This document shows, piece after piece, positions 54,213 through 64,000 of a stretch of 64,000 nucleotides of DNA (position 1 is the first letter of the stretch; each line of letters opens with the position of its first letter). This DNA is from Euprymna scolopes (lineage: Eukaryota). The notes under the pieces were generated by a model that saw only the letters and a program-made list of their open reading frames with translations, did not search any database and was not told the DNA's origin. The position numbers and the translations under genes are program-made. Where the stretch lies: assembly GCA_053919585.1 (NCBI GenBank), contig CM132806.1; one strand, given 5' to 3'.

Positions 54213-54916
54213 TATGTTTCTCTCTCGTAACTGACCCATCCTTATTTAGCATGGTAGCTTATTTAATCACTGACAGACAATGTACAAGCATACCTCAGCG
54301 CTTAGCAGCGTCAGCAATATGCACAGGGTATTTCTTCGACTATCAGTCAACCTACAAAAGAATCAAAGTTCATGCAAGGTGCACGAATCGTGCAAAAGTT
54401 CGTATATGCCTATACAAGAAAATATTATATAAGTATTCTGGTCTAGTCTCTTATTAAATCAAACATTCATTTCTAATTACACGCTTTCTACATAGTTTTT
54501 CTTTTTGACATTATCTCCCTTTGGACCATTGTCTGATATGCGGTTAAACGTTAAGTTCAATAATAGTTCGTCCAAAAGTTCCTACAATACAATTATTCAA
54601 TTCATGTCTCGGCAAAAGCGCATGCAACCAGTCTCTTAATATATTTATCGATTATATCCCCTTGGCCCGTTGTCTCTTACAGGGTCAAACTTTTTTTTTT
54701 CAGTGCAGCTCTTCCAGTTCAGTTTCCGGCACAAAAATACAATCATCCTATGTAGGGACGACCATTCGCTTTTTTATGATTCTATTATGTTTTGGAATTA
54801 TCCCACGGTAGTTCTACTGGGGTAAAAGTTCACATAGGGTAATCTCTCGATTGATTCTCTTGTAAAAGAAAACTAAAAATTAAAGCCAATTTTATATATT
54901 TCGTTAGTTCATCTCC

Positions 54917-56100
54917 TCAATTGTTGGTATTCATGGGGTGTTCTTTTACTTGAGTGGCACCGAAGCCTGCATCCGCTCTTGTTCGGGTCATCTCGGTTTT
55001 AGGTGTGTTCTGACGAGGACTGTCTTCGCCGTCGGAGCAGGAAACCTCAAAACGTTTCACACTGTCGGCCCTTTCCTCTCGTTTTCTTAAAAACCAGATT
55101 ACCGCTACCAACATCGTAATCAGAACCGTTATCATGTTAATCATATTTTATGCGACTGTTATCCTCTAGGAGAATACTTTTTCCTCATTAACATCCATAC
55201 CTTCTATCCTAGTCCGCAATTCTCTCATATTCACTCTATTCCTTTGCGTTAACATTTCAAGAAATTCGAATTTTTGATGGACACTCTCAAGACCACCGGT
55301 CTGACACCTGTCAAGCTCTTATCAGCTAACTGGCATAACCATATCGCTAGCCAGGTTGTGCTATACATTTCAGCTCTACCCAGTAACTTGCGTCCGATCT
55401 CGCTTAGGTGTGGCCAGAGGGGTGGGGACACATCCAATAGTGATTTACTATCGTCCAGTCTGGCCCAAATTTCGAGGACTTCAGTTCACGTCTAGAGTTC
55501 TTTTCTCCGGACCAGTCAGTCTTAAACGTTCAGGTTATGTTAGCCGTATCTTGTCTAGCATCTTTCGCAACTGTTCGAGGCTTATAAGTAAGTGTCCTAA
55601 CTCCACGCTGTTTAACTTCCCCCTTATACGTTCAGTCCACATAACTCAGGACTGTTCATTCGACGTTATCTAGCTCAACACATGCAACTCGTGGAAGCAT
55701 TCCTGCAACAATAGTTTTTTTTTCTGGATCTTTATTTTCTTATTATCCCTTCACACAGAATCTGCATCTGGCAAATTATAGTATTAACACTTTCTCGGTT
55801 TTTTTTTTGTAACTCAAAGCTTCGCAATATCCAACAACGAGAACCTCCTATGCGTGCTAATCAACTGGTGCTTTACCTCAATAAACTTGTCCATTGTTAC
55901 GTCGCAACTATCGCTCAATTTCTTATGGGGTTCTAATTTTAATATGTCCACTTTTCTCATGTGTTTGAAGCTTAATATCTAAACATTAAGAATGAGAGTT
56001 TTAGAGCTAACTTCGTTTGTTTATATTAATTGCCTACTGACTACACGCTGAGTGAAAACATCTTAAATACTAGATTGATCGCTAGTGACATCGCCATTAC
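54917..56100 (-). pseudogene. env: env / baculovirus-F-like fusion protein remnant, copy 2
   Basis: Signal-like MIGCVMAMSLAINLVF; FSLLDIAKL*VTK/NRESVNTIICQMQIL (aligns to the copy 1 heptad region); LNSVELGHLLISLEQLRKMLDKIRLT*PERLRL (~GxLxPxLISPxxLxxxLxxIxxxLP); TM MITVLITMLVAVIWFL and tail TPKTEMTRTRADAG. Confidence 0.7.
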
Positions 56101-56775
56101 GCACCCTATCATAAAACTTGAAACGCAACTCTAGCAGTGTAGTTTGATCGATGCCCCCCCCTCGGCGAGTGTAGATTATTACGCCCAAGACCTTTAACCA
56201 CCGGCCATTGCATGCGTTCTCGTTAGCGTGTAGATGTATCTCTTCACTCAGAGTTCAAGTGCGAGGGAGTGATCATAAAACCTTTTCTTTGAAAGAATTA
56301 TTAAACTTCAGGAAACAGCTCAATATCAATTAATTCCGAATTGTTCAAAACATAACAGAATTCACTAAAAACCAAAATGTCAAAATCAAGGTAACGTTGC
56401 GAATCTTCGGTGATAATTCTATTTCAATTTACCTCGATTTGATAGACGGAGTCAAATCAAAATCTGACAACGACGTTTTGGTTTTCCTTCTCTTTTTCCT
56501 TTTTTTCTATTTTAGGCAAGCTGGTTTCTCTTTCCTTTTCTTGTTTTTGTTCAGATTAATTATTTCCAAAATATTGATTAAATTATTTTCTATTTTACAG
56601 ATATATAAAAATATATGAGATTTTCATTTTTTTTTTCAATAACTTAGCGTTCGTGAACAGTTCATTCAAAATAAAAAAAAAAATTGTCACAACTGATTTT
56701 CTCTGTTTCTCTCTTCTCCCTCCCCCTTTTCTTTCGGTCAGTGAGCGGGGGTTTAGCGTGAGTAAGTGGCGGTAT

Positions 56776-56957
56776 TGTTGTGTAGTGATATTTCATATTA
56801 AAGGAGAGACGGGGACATATATTGGGAAAACACAGATAAAGGATATAACGATAGTGATGATGAGGGAGAGAGTGACATTTATACAGTTCTGGGACGCTTG
56901 GGACTTCATATAGATACGGAATGGGGATATATACATTTGTTGCATAGGGGGCCGTAT

Positions 56958-57013
<56 letters not shown>

Positions 57014-58593
57014 TCGTGACATTCATATTGATGAGGGGAAGATACATGTATACAAATATTACAGAGGCGGAGAAAAGAGAGAATACATTTATACCTTTTA
57101 CTGTTCTGTGGATTTTCCTTCTTTTAACATATATTAGAGTTTGGAGAGATTGATCAGTTCTTTAACACCGGAGAGGACAGTCATTACTTAGATGGAGAGG
57201 GGACACGTTTTTAGATGGGGAGGGGGGCACATTACTTAGATGAGTTATACACAAAGTTCATTATAAAGATGAGTGGGAACAATGCTCATATAAATTATTT
57301 CACATTACATTCAATTTGGCAGAAAGGCGACACGAAGACGGCAGTTAGTAAAATATGAGATGTTCTATTTGACCGGTCAAAATGATGATCACATCCAGGA
57401 ATTCAAAGTTGTTTCTACATGATTAACACTTTCCGCTACGTTTCTAAATAGGGCATCATCTGATTCGATCCGGACTCGATTCGACTCTAGCTCCTATATT
57501 GCGAATTCATTTCCGCCATGACGTCATACGTGCGACCAAAAATGTGATCGACTCACGTGACCTGAACATGCGTGGTTCGCCATTGTTTCCAAACCATTTC
57601 TGCAGACAAAAAATTTTTACTAACCTATTTTTCGACCTAACTTATTTTTCAATATGTTTTTAATTTGCAATTTTCGTAAGATGACCTTATTTTAATTAAG
57701 TTTTCATAAAAAGAATTGAACAATAAAAATGCTTTTTACTACAACATATCTGAACTATGTCATGTTAACTGAACGATGCTAAATTCCATCTCTGAATCAA
57801 TTTCTGAACCTTGCTTACAAGGTTCGAATCTCGGTCTATCCTAATCTCACTTTTACTTATCTAATGTTTTTCTTACTTACAAGAAAATGGCTGTTTTCTT
57901 GTAACACAAGTTCTTTACACAGAGGAGAGGAAATACATAATTTCATGGTCATTACAAGATGATTAACAGATTATCTTTTGAGTGTTAAAAGATGACACAT
58001 GGCAACAGTAACAAACCCCAATGATTATTCTTTATTCATTGGACCACTCGAAGGCTGATGACGTCAGAGAATTCAAATTTGAGATTTACATATTTTAATG
58101 TTCTTTATTTCGCTTCCAAAAGACTGACTCCAACTCAACCGAAATCAACTTCTCTCAACTCTACTCTTCTTTTGACTCCCCTAACTGACTCTGTAACTAA
58201 CTATAACTCCTATATTGAGAATCACCCTTTGTCTATGACGTCAGAAGTGTGTTTGGCAAACGTGACCAATTCACGTGGCTATGTATATTTTTCCAAATAC
58301 ACTTTTAACATCAAAAGAATTCTCAACATATACGTTTAACCTATTTTTAACAAGTTATTTTTAATTTGTATTGTTCATTCTTTAGCTAACAATTTAAATA
58401 TTCAGTTTTCTAAAAGAATGAACAATAAACAATATCTAACTATTTTAATCGAATTTAACAAAAGACTAATTTCTAACATTCCAATTCTTAACATTGCTTA
58501 CAAATGTTCGAGTTCCGGCTTATCCTAATCTCATTTTCACCTATCTAATGCTCTTCTTATTTACATGGAAGTGACCAGCCTTTCCTTGTAGCA
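56776..58593 (-). mobile_element. Long family-A LTR (TG...CA, GTAT duplication) containing a second family-A LTR
   Basis: GTAT at 56772-56775 and 58594-58597; family-A sequence at 57950-58593; (AG)n at 56959-57009. Confidence 0.6.
57259..57906 (-). mobile_element. Nested solo LTR, family A
   Basis: Minus strand starts TGTTAC; flanked by aaagtt and caagtt (6-bp duplication with one mismatch). Confidence 0.7.
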
Positions 58594-58739
58594 GTATGAC
58601 TATACTCAATTCAACCCTCCAACTGTCAACTAGCAAAACCCCTCCTAGCACAACTTATAGTAAGAAAACGGGGATAGTTTGGACAAGGTTTTAGTTTCAT
58701 TCAGCCAATCCACCTTCATAGCGTAAAAAAGTGAATTCG

Positions 58740-59940
58740 CCCTGATAGGCTGCACCAGATGTGTATTATCTTCTCTCCATGAGGTGTATTACTCTCCGGA
58801 TTCAAGGAGTTTCCTCAATAATCAGCTGTTTTCATTGTTCTCATTCGCTCTATCTTTCCAGCCATATTTCCGATTTTAATTTCTCCCATTCTTTTTTCAA
58901 AGTTTTTCGAGATTGTTCCTAGTGATCCTACTGTTATAGATATTATCTTTAGTTTCTTCATCATCCATATTCCTTCCAGCTATCGGGCTAGCTCTGTGTA
59001 TTTGCTCAGTTTCTCCTTTTCTTTTATATTCACCCTGTGATCAGCTGGAACAGCAAAGTCTACGATTTGACAAGACTTTTCGTTTTTTGTTAATTATTAC
59101 AATATCCGGTCTTCTTGCTTGGATAGGCTTGTCTTTGTATGCCCATGTGCCATGAGATTTTGTGATTGTCGTTTTCAAGTGCAGTTGCTAGCTTATGTTT
59201 GTACCATTTGTCTGTGAGTTCGAGATGTAGTTGTTTGCATAATTCCCAATGTACTGTACTTCCCACTTGGTCGTGCCTATTCTTGTATTCCTTTTGGAAT
59301 AGTTTGCTGCATTCGCTTATTATATGGTTTATCGTTTCGTCCCTTTGTCAAGAGAGTGCCTTTGCTGTTTTCGTGTGTTTTGTCTATCTTTTTTTTATGT
59401 AATTGGTTCTTATCGAACTATCTTGTGCTACAGCAATTAAGGAATCAGTTTCTCGGTTTACGTGTCCTTTCTCCATCCATGCCCAGTGTTTTCGTTATTA
59501 TCGTGTTTTGTCATCTTTATGAATCTTCCATGTAGTTGTTTCTCTTTCCATTTTCTTTTCTCGTAACATTTTTTGTCTCTGTGTGTTCTGTTTTTTGGAT
59601 TGTTTCCCTGTCTCCCGCTGCTATAAGTATCCTTTCAGTGTTCTGCCTCATGTATTAAAAAAAAAGTTTTTATCGTTCACACAGCCTTTTATACTAACGG
59701 CCGTCTTTCCTTTACACGTTGAGTCGGTCAACATCGTCCTTTGGATGCAGTGCATTATTCATGGTAAAGATTTTCGAGCTGTTTCAATTCTTCTTTAGTC
59801 CCCCGTATGAACGGTTCAGAATATCTTACTAATGATACTGCCCATATATTTATACATTTTATTAGGTTTCTGCTATATAATACAGTTTCTAGGTGTTTTC
59901 TTGTTTTCTGAAGTATTCTTTTCCAATCCTTTCTCTTATA
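58740..59940 (-). mobile_element. RLE-type LINE 3' part (R4/Dong/NeSL-like)
   Basis: RRPDIVIINKK..SCQIVDFAVPADHRVNIKEKEKLSKYTELA...ITVGSLGTI is a PD..D restriction-like endonuclease region. Confidence 0.8.
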
Positions 59941-59944
59941 TTTT

Positions 59945-61180
59945 TACATTTTTTTTATTACATTTTCACCCCAAACAAGGCAAATAGTCACTTTGCTGTA
60001 GGGGGCTACTATCAGGGGCAAAATCTACCGGGTACTATGTAGGGTTTTGGGAAGCAAGATGTCGGTTCATGTTACACTTGAACTTCTGCATGTCAGTACT
60101 GTTGGGGAAGCAGGGACCTGGAATGGAATTCCAGAGTCTAGCGGTTCTGGGGAAGAAACTATTGGAGTAGAAAGATCTTTTACATCTAGGGATCTCTTCA
60201 GTGTGGGGGTGGGATTAAGCAGCCTGTCGAGTTTGTCGATGGTGCTCACGTTGTGGGGGCACGAGTGATTGCAGTTCGTCAGAGCATTCATCACTAAAAT
60301 ACTTGTAGATGGGACAGAGGCTAAAGCTTAGATGCCAGTTCAGAGCCTATCAGATTTACGACTCTCTTTGGAACCTTGTCAAGGAGAGAGAGACTAGTAG
60401 CAGATACACAAGCCCAAATGTGACAGCAATACTCCATACATTGACGAATGGTGGCCTTATAGAGGAACAGGATACTTTCGGGTGTTAGTAGATTTCTAGC
60501 ACGGTAGAGAGAGCCAACCTTTCTTGCAGCGGCCCTAGCAATGCCTTCAACGTAATTGTTCCAACTCATATTTCCTGTGAAAGTTAGGCCAAGGAGTCTG
60601 AAAGATGTACTCTCAGATAAAGAGTCGTTCGCCATTTCTATATGTGGTAGATAGGGTTTCTTGTAGTTATTGAATGAAACTAATTTAGTCTTGGCGGCAT
60701 TGAACGTGACCCACCATTTTGGTCCCCATTCCACTACTGACCGGAGGTCTTCCTCTAGTGCTTCTGCCATTTCTTTAGAAGTATGTTTATTCGTCTTCCT
60801 GCCGTGCCTGCCCTAGAATTTAGAGTCATCAGCATATATACCCATCCCAGAGGCAATTTTGTCGGGGAGATCATTTATGAATATCAGGAACAATATAGGT
60901 CCAAGGATAGACCCCTGGGGCACTCCCGCATTTATATCATATTGTTTAGACCGTCTAGGACAACTGGATTTTTCTCTTATCTAAGAAGGATTTAATTATG
61001 TTAAGTATTCTACCAGTGATACCGTATGATCTAATTTTCCTGAGGAGACCCTCATGCCATACTCTGTCAAAAGCCTTAGATATATCTAGAGCTCCCGCTC
61101 TGCCCTCCATCGCTTTGTCCAGTGAATGGTATATGGTACATACGTTCAGTTGCATTGATGTCGCGTACGTCATATACCAA
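59945..61180 (-). mobile_element. CR1/L2-like LINE, 5'-truncated RT and 3' end (best preserved copy)
   Basis: ALDISKAFDRVWHEGLL, GVPQGSILGPILFL, YADDS, FNAAKTK, CMEYCCHIW, SRLWNSIP; frameshifted. Confidence 0.92.
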
Positions 61181-61523
61181 GAATTTTATTTAAATAATAA
61201 ACGCAAAATATAAACTTAGGAATATGCCACATATTTGCATAATAACATATATTTACAAAATAAAATAAGATACGGACTGAACACGTTTGAAGCCAAAAGA
61301 AAAATTCCGCGTTGCAGTTATTTGGCTTTAAACGTATTCAATACGTATTTTATTTTATTTTCAAATTTCACTCAACGGCTCTAATGGTTATAAACAAAAA
61401 AAAACTACCCTATATTTTTACATATTTTAATTAAAAGTTCGTCACCTCCAAAAAAATATTATATTTAAAAAATATTCTCGACAACAAAACATTCCGCTCC
61501 TATTTCAGTTCTGTTTAATTATA

Positions 61524-61600
<77 letters not shown>

Positions 61601-61779
61601 CAGAAATAGGAGTTTTATCTAAAGTAGATATTAGAGGAAAGTTTCTATAGTAAGCTTTAGTTACTGGATCGGAAGTCTCACTCCAAAACCAACCTTTTCG
61701 TAAGCAAAATTAAATGTTCAAATGTAGTTAAATATTCATTCTTTTGCATGATCCACAGATGAGTATCCCTAAAAAGACA

Positions 61780-62776
61780 TAAAAAAAGAGACGTGCAACG
61801 AAGGAAGAGACGAAAATTGCTTAGCATTAAAGAGACAAGAAGTGGTTACGACGAAGGAAAATACATAGTTAACATGAAAGAGACGAGACGTAGTTAGCAC
61901 GGAAGAGATGATAATATATTACCCGGAAACAGACGAGAAGTGGTTAGCATGAAAAGGGGGAAACGTTTCTAGCATGCATGAACATTATATGGTTAGCATT
62001 TTGGTTGGTCATTTTTGTTTTACGGTATATCAACCCTGTTCAGATTATTTAATTCCGAATCCAAAGATTCGGAAGAAAAACATTTTAACGGAATATATTT
62101 GTTGTTTTCAAGTCGGTTTCTATTTAACTCATAGTTGTGAGTCTAACAGATACTACCACTCCGGGTCAGAGCGGACGTGGGAGCAATGGCAATTAATGGG
62201 TGGCTCCACACTCCCCAAAGCCCGCGAGCTGGGGCCTCACCACTGGATATAGTTTAAGGTAATACCCAGGGCCGTGGTTACCATGAAATAGACGAGTCAT
62301 TACTCGCACGAAAGAGATAAGGCATTGTAAGCGCAATAAAAACGAGATGTTGTTAGCAGGAAAGAGACAAAATGTGGTTAGCTCGAAAGTGAAGACCTAG
62401 TAAGCACGAAGGAAACGAGACGTGTTTACCACGAAACATGAAATTTATTAGCACAAAAGAGACGAGACGTGGTTAGCAAAAACAGATGAGGCGTTGTTAG
62501 CATGGAAGATCCGAAACGTTCGTAGCACGTAAAAGACAGGATGTGATTAGCAGAAAAGGGGCAAGATGTAATTGATGCGAAAGAGACAAGATATTATTAG
62601 AACGAAAAAAAACAAGATATGGTTGGCACGAAAGTAACACAATGTAATTAGCACGAAAGGCAAAATGTGGTTAGCACGGACGAGAGGATATTTGTTACCA
62701 TGGAAGAGACGAGATGTGATTAGCATGAAAGGGATGAGACGTGATTAGCACGAAAGGAAAACGTTGTGTTTTACAT
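61780..62776. repeat. Degenerate 24-25-bp minisatellite (gagacgagacgtggttagcacgaaa), interrupted at ~61990-62275
   Basis: ttagca recurs every 24-25 bp. Confidence 0.85.
61995..62272 (-). mobile_element. SINE-like insertion
   Basis: GC-richer unique block (actaccactccgggtcagag..gggagcaatggcaat) interrupting the minisatellite; resembles invertebrate SINE bodies from recollection, not searched. Confidence 0.5.
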
Positions 62777-62909
62777 NNNNNNNNNNNNNNNNNNNNNNNN
62801 NNNNNNNNNNNNNNNNNNNNNNNNNNNNNNNNNNNNNNNNNNNNNNNNNNNNNNNNNNNNNNNNNNNNNNNNNNNNNNNNNNNNNNNNNNNNNNNNNNNN
62901 NNNNNNNNN
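62777..62909. other. Assembly gap (N run)
   Basis: Read directly. Confidence 1.
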
Positions 62910-63629
62910 GAAAATTCGTCAATTGAAAACTAGATTATTAAAAGTGCTCAATAAGAAAGACAGCAACCTAACTTGATCACAAGCTATTTTGGCTCTATTA
63001 TTACTAGGGGTTTTAGGCAATCTGAAATTTCGATAATCCCCGAATTTAGTGGCGCGGCAATGTACACTCGGATAATGGAATAGTTTGAATATCTATAGTT
63101 GACTATTGAATTGTGCGAAATAACCAAGTTAGGGCGAGTCCTGAAACTACGATAACTAGGTTTGGCGCGGGAACATATCGACAGATTTCTAAAATAAAAA
63201 AAAAACATAGAATGATTTCTTTCAGAAATATTGTTGTGAAGGTATAGAGATTTTTAAACAAGTTGTTGAGAAGAGTGAAGTATAATTTGATTGGATTTTA
63301 GAGAAATGTCGGCGTAAAATTATGCAGAGGAAACAATTACAATCTTACTCAGATTTTTGAGAAATGCAGTAGCATTCCAGCTGGATATTTTTTAGAAATA
63401 CTGTCGTCAATTTATGGAGAATAGCAAAAATGCGAGTACGATGGATTTTCTAGATAAAAAGTCGTCGCTTCTAGATGACGAACTTAAAATACTATTCGGT
63501 TAGATTTTATAGAAGAAACTCGACGTTTATAAATGAAGAATTTAAAATGTGATTCTGTCAACATTTATGAAAATGTCGTTGCTTTTAAATAAGAAGTTTT
63601 AAATACAACTGATGCCGATGATTTTATTA

Positions 63630-63960
63630 TTTAGCGTAGTCTAACCCGAATAGTTTCTGCTTAACTGTGTAGTGAAGTATAGCTTTTTGCTTAACCGAGT
63701 AGTGTAGGTTGGTTGTGTGTTTGGCTGTGTAGTGTAGGTTGGCTGTGTCGTGTAGTGTGTGCTCGCTGCGTGCTTAGCCGAGTAGCGTGGACGAGATCCG
63801 TGCTTAGCCATGTAGTGTAAATTAGTTGTGTACTTAGCCGCGTAGTGTGAGCTAGCTGTGTGCTTAGCCGAGTAGTGTTGGCTTGCTGCTTGCTCAGCCA
63901 TGTAGTGTGGGTTATCTGAGTCTAGCCATGTAGTGTGAGCTAGTTGTGTCTAACTGTCTA
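63630..63960. repeat. 30-bp minisatellite (tagtgtgagctagctgtgtgcttagccgag)
   Basis: Read directly; gives the 10-aa periodic ORF 63641-63901. Confidence 0.85.
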
Positions 63961-64000
63961 ATGTATGGGCACATGCCTTTCGATCCAATATACGTTTACT

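Larger units (their letters stand above)
56221..58740 (-). mobile_element. 5' LTR (family B) of copy 2, split by a nested insertion at 56776-58593
   Basis: Blocks recur at ~3.1 kb offset from the 3' LTR (gtgatca; tgattaaa.tattttctattttacag.tatataaaa; ctttcggtca.tgag) and resume at 58594 (actcaattcaac..cttatagtaaga). Confidence 0.6.

Noticed and set aside
63641-63901. His/Tyr-rich decapeptide repeat protein
   Set aside because: Translation of a 30-bp minisatellite with a frame change and no ATG start or splice support.

Overview
AT-rich eukaryotic (metazoan, probably invertebrate) repeat-dominated window. No intact protein-coding gene, rRNA, tRNA or CRISPR array can be supported, and most ORF-track entries are microsatellite translations or transposon fragments. 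Contents: (i) decayed retroelements: CR1/L2-like LINEs (several copies), RLE-type R4/Dong/NeSL-like LINEs, RTE and CCHC-type LINE 3' ends, two Gypsy remnants, Penelope-like remnants and a family of solo LTRs; (ii) DNA elements: non-autonomous Helitrons, a MITE, a foldback palindrome and the 3' half of an AcademX-like transposon; (iii) a ~9 kb satellite of 18/19-bp monomers with a 37-bp dimer, split by a 310-bp unique island; (iv) minisatellites, microsatellites and two N gaps. Two signals stand out, both read manually and not evident from the ORF track. The first is two homologous LTR-element copies (15.2-17.4 kb and 53.1-58.7 kb, minus strand) carrying remnants of a baculovirus-F/errantivirus-type envelope gene; the second copy has LTR-env-LTR structure with no room for gag-pol. 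The second is a sequence-perfect type I hammerhead ribozyme at 32434-32483 (-) beside a decayed Penelope-like ORF, plus a minimal hammerhead at ~30.66-30.70 kb. Family assignments come from motif recognition by eye and need HMM/BLAST confirmation.
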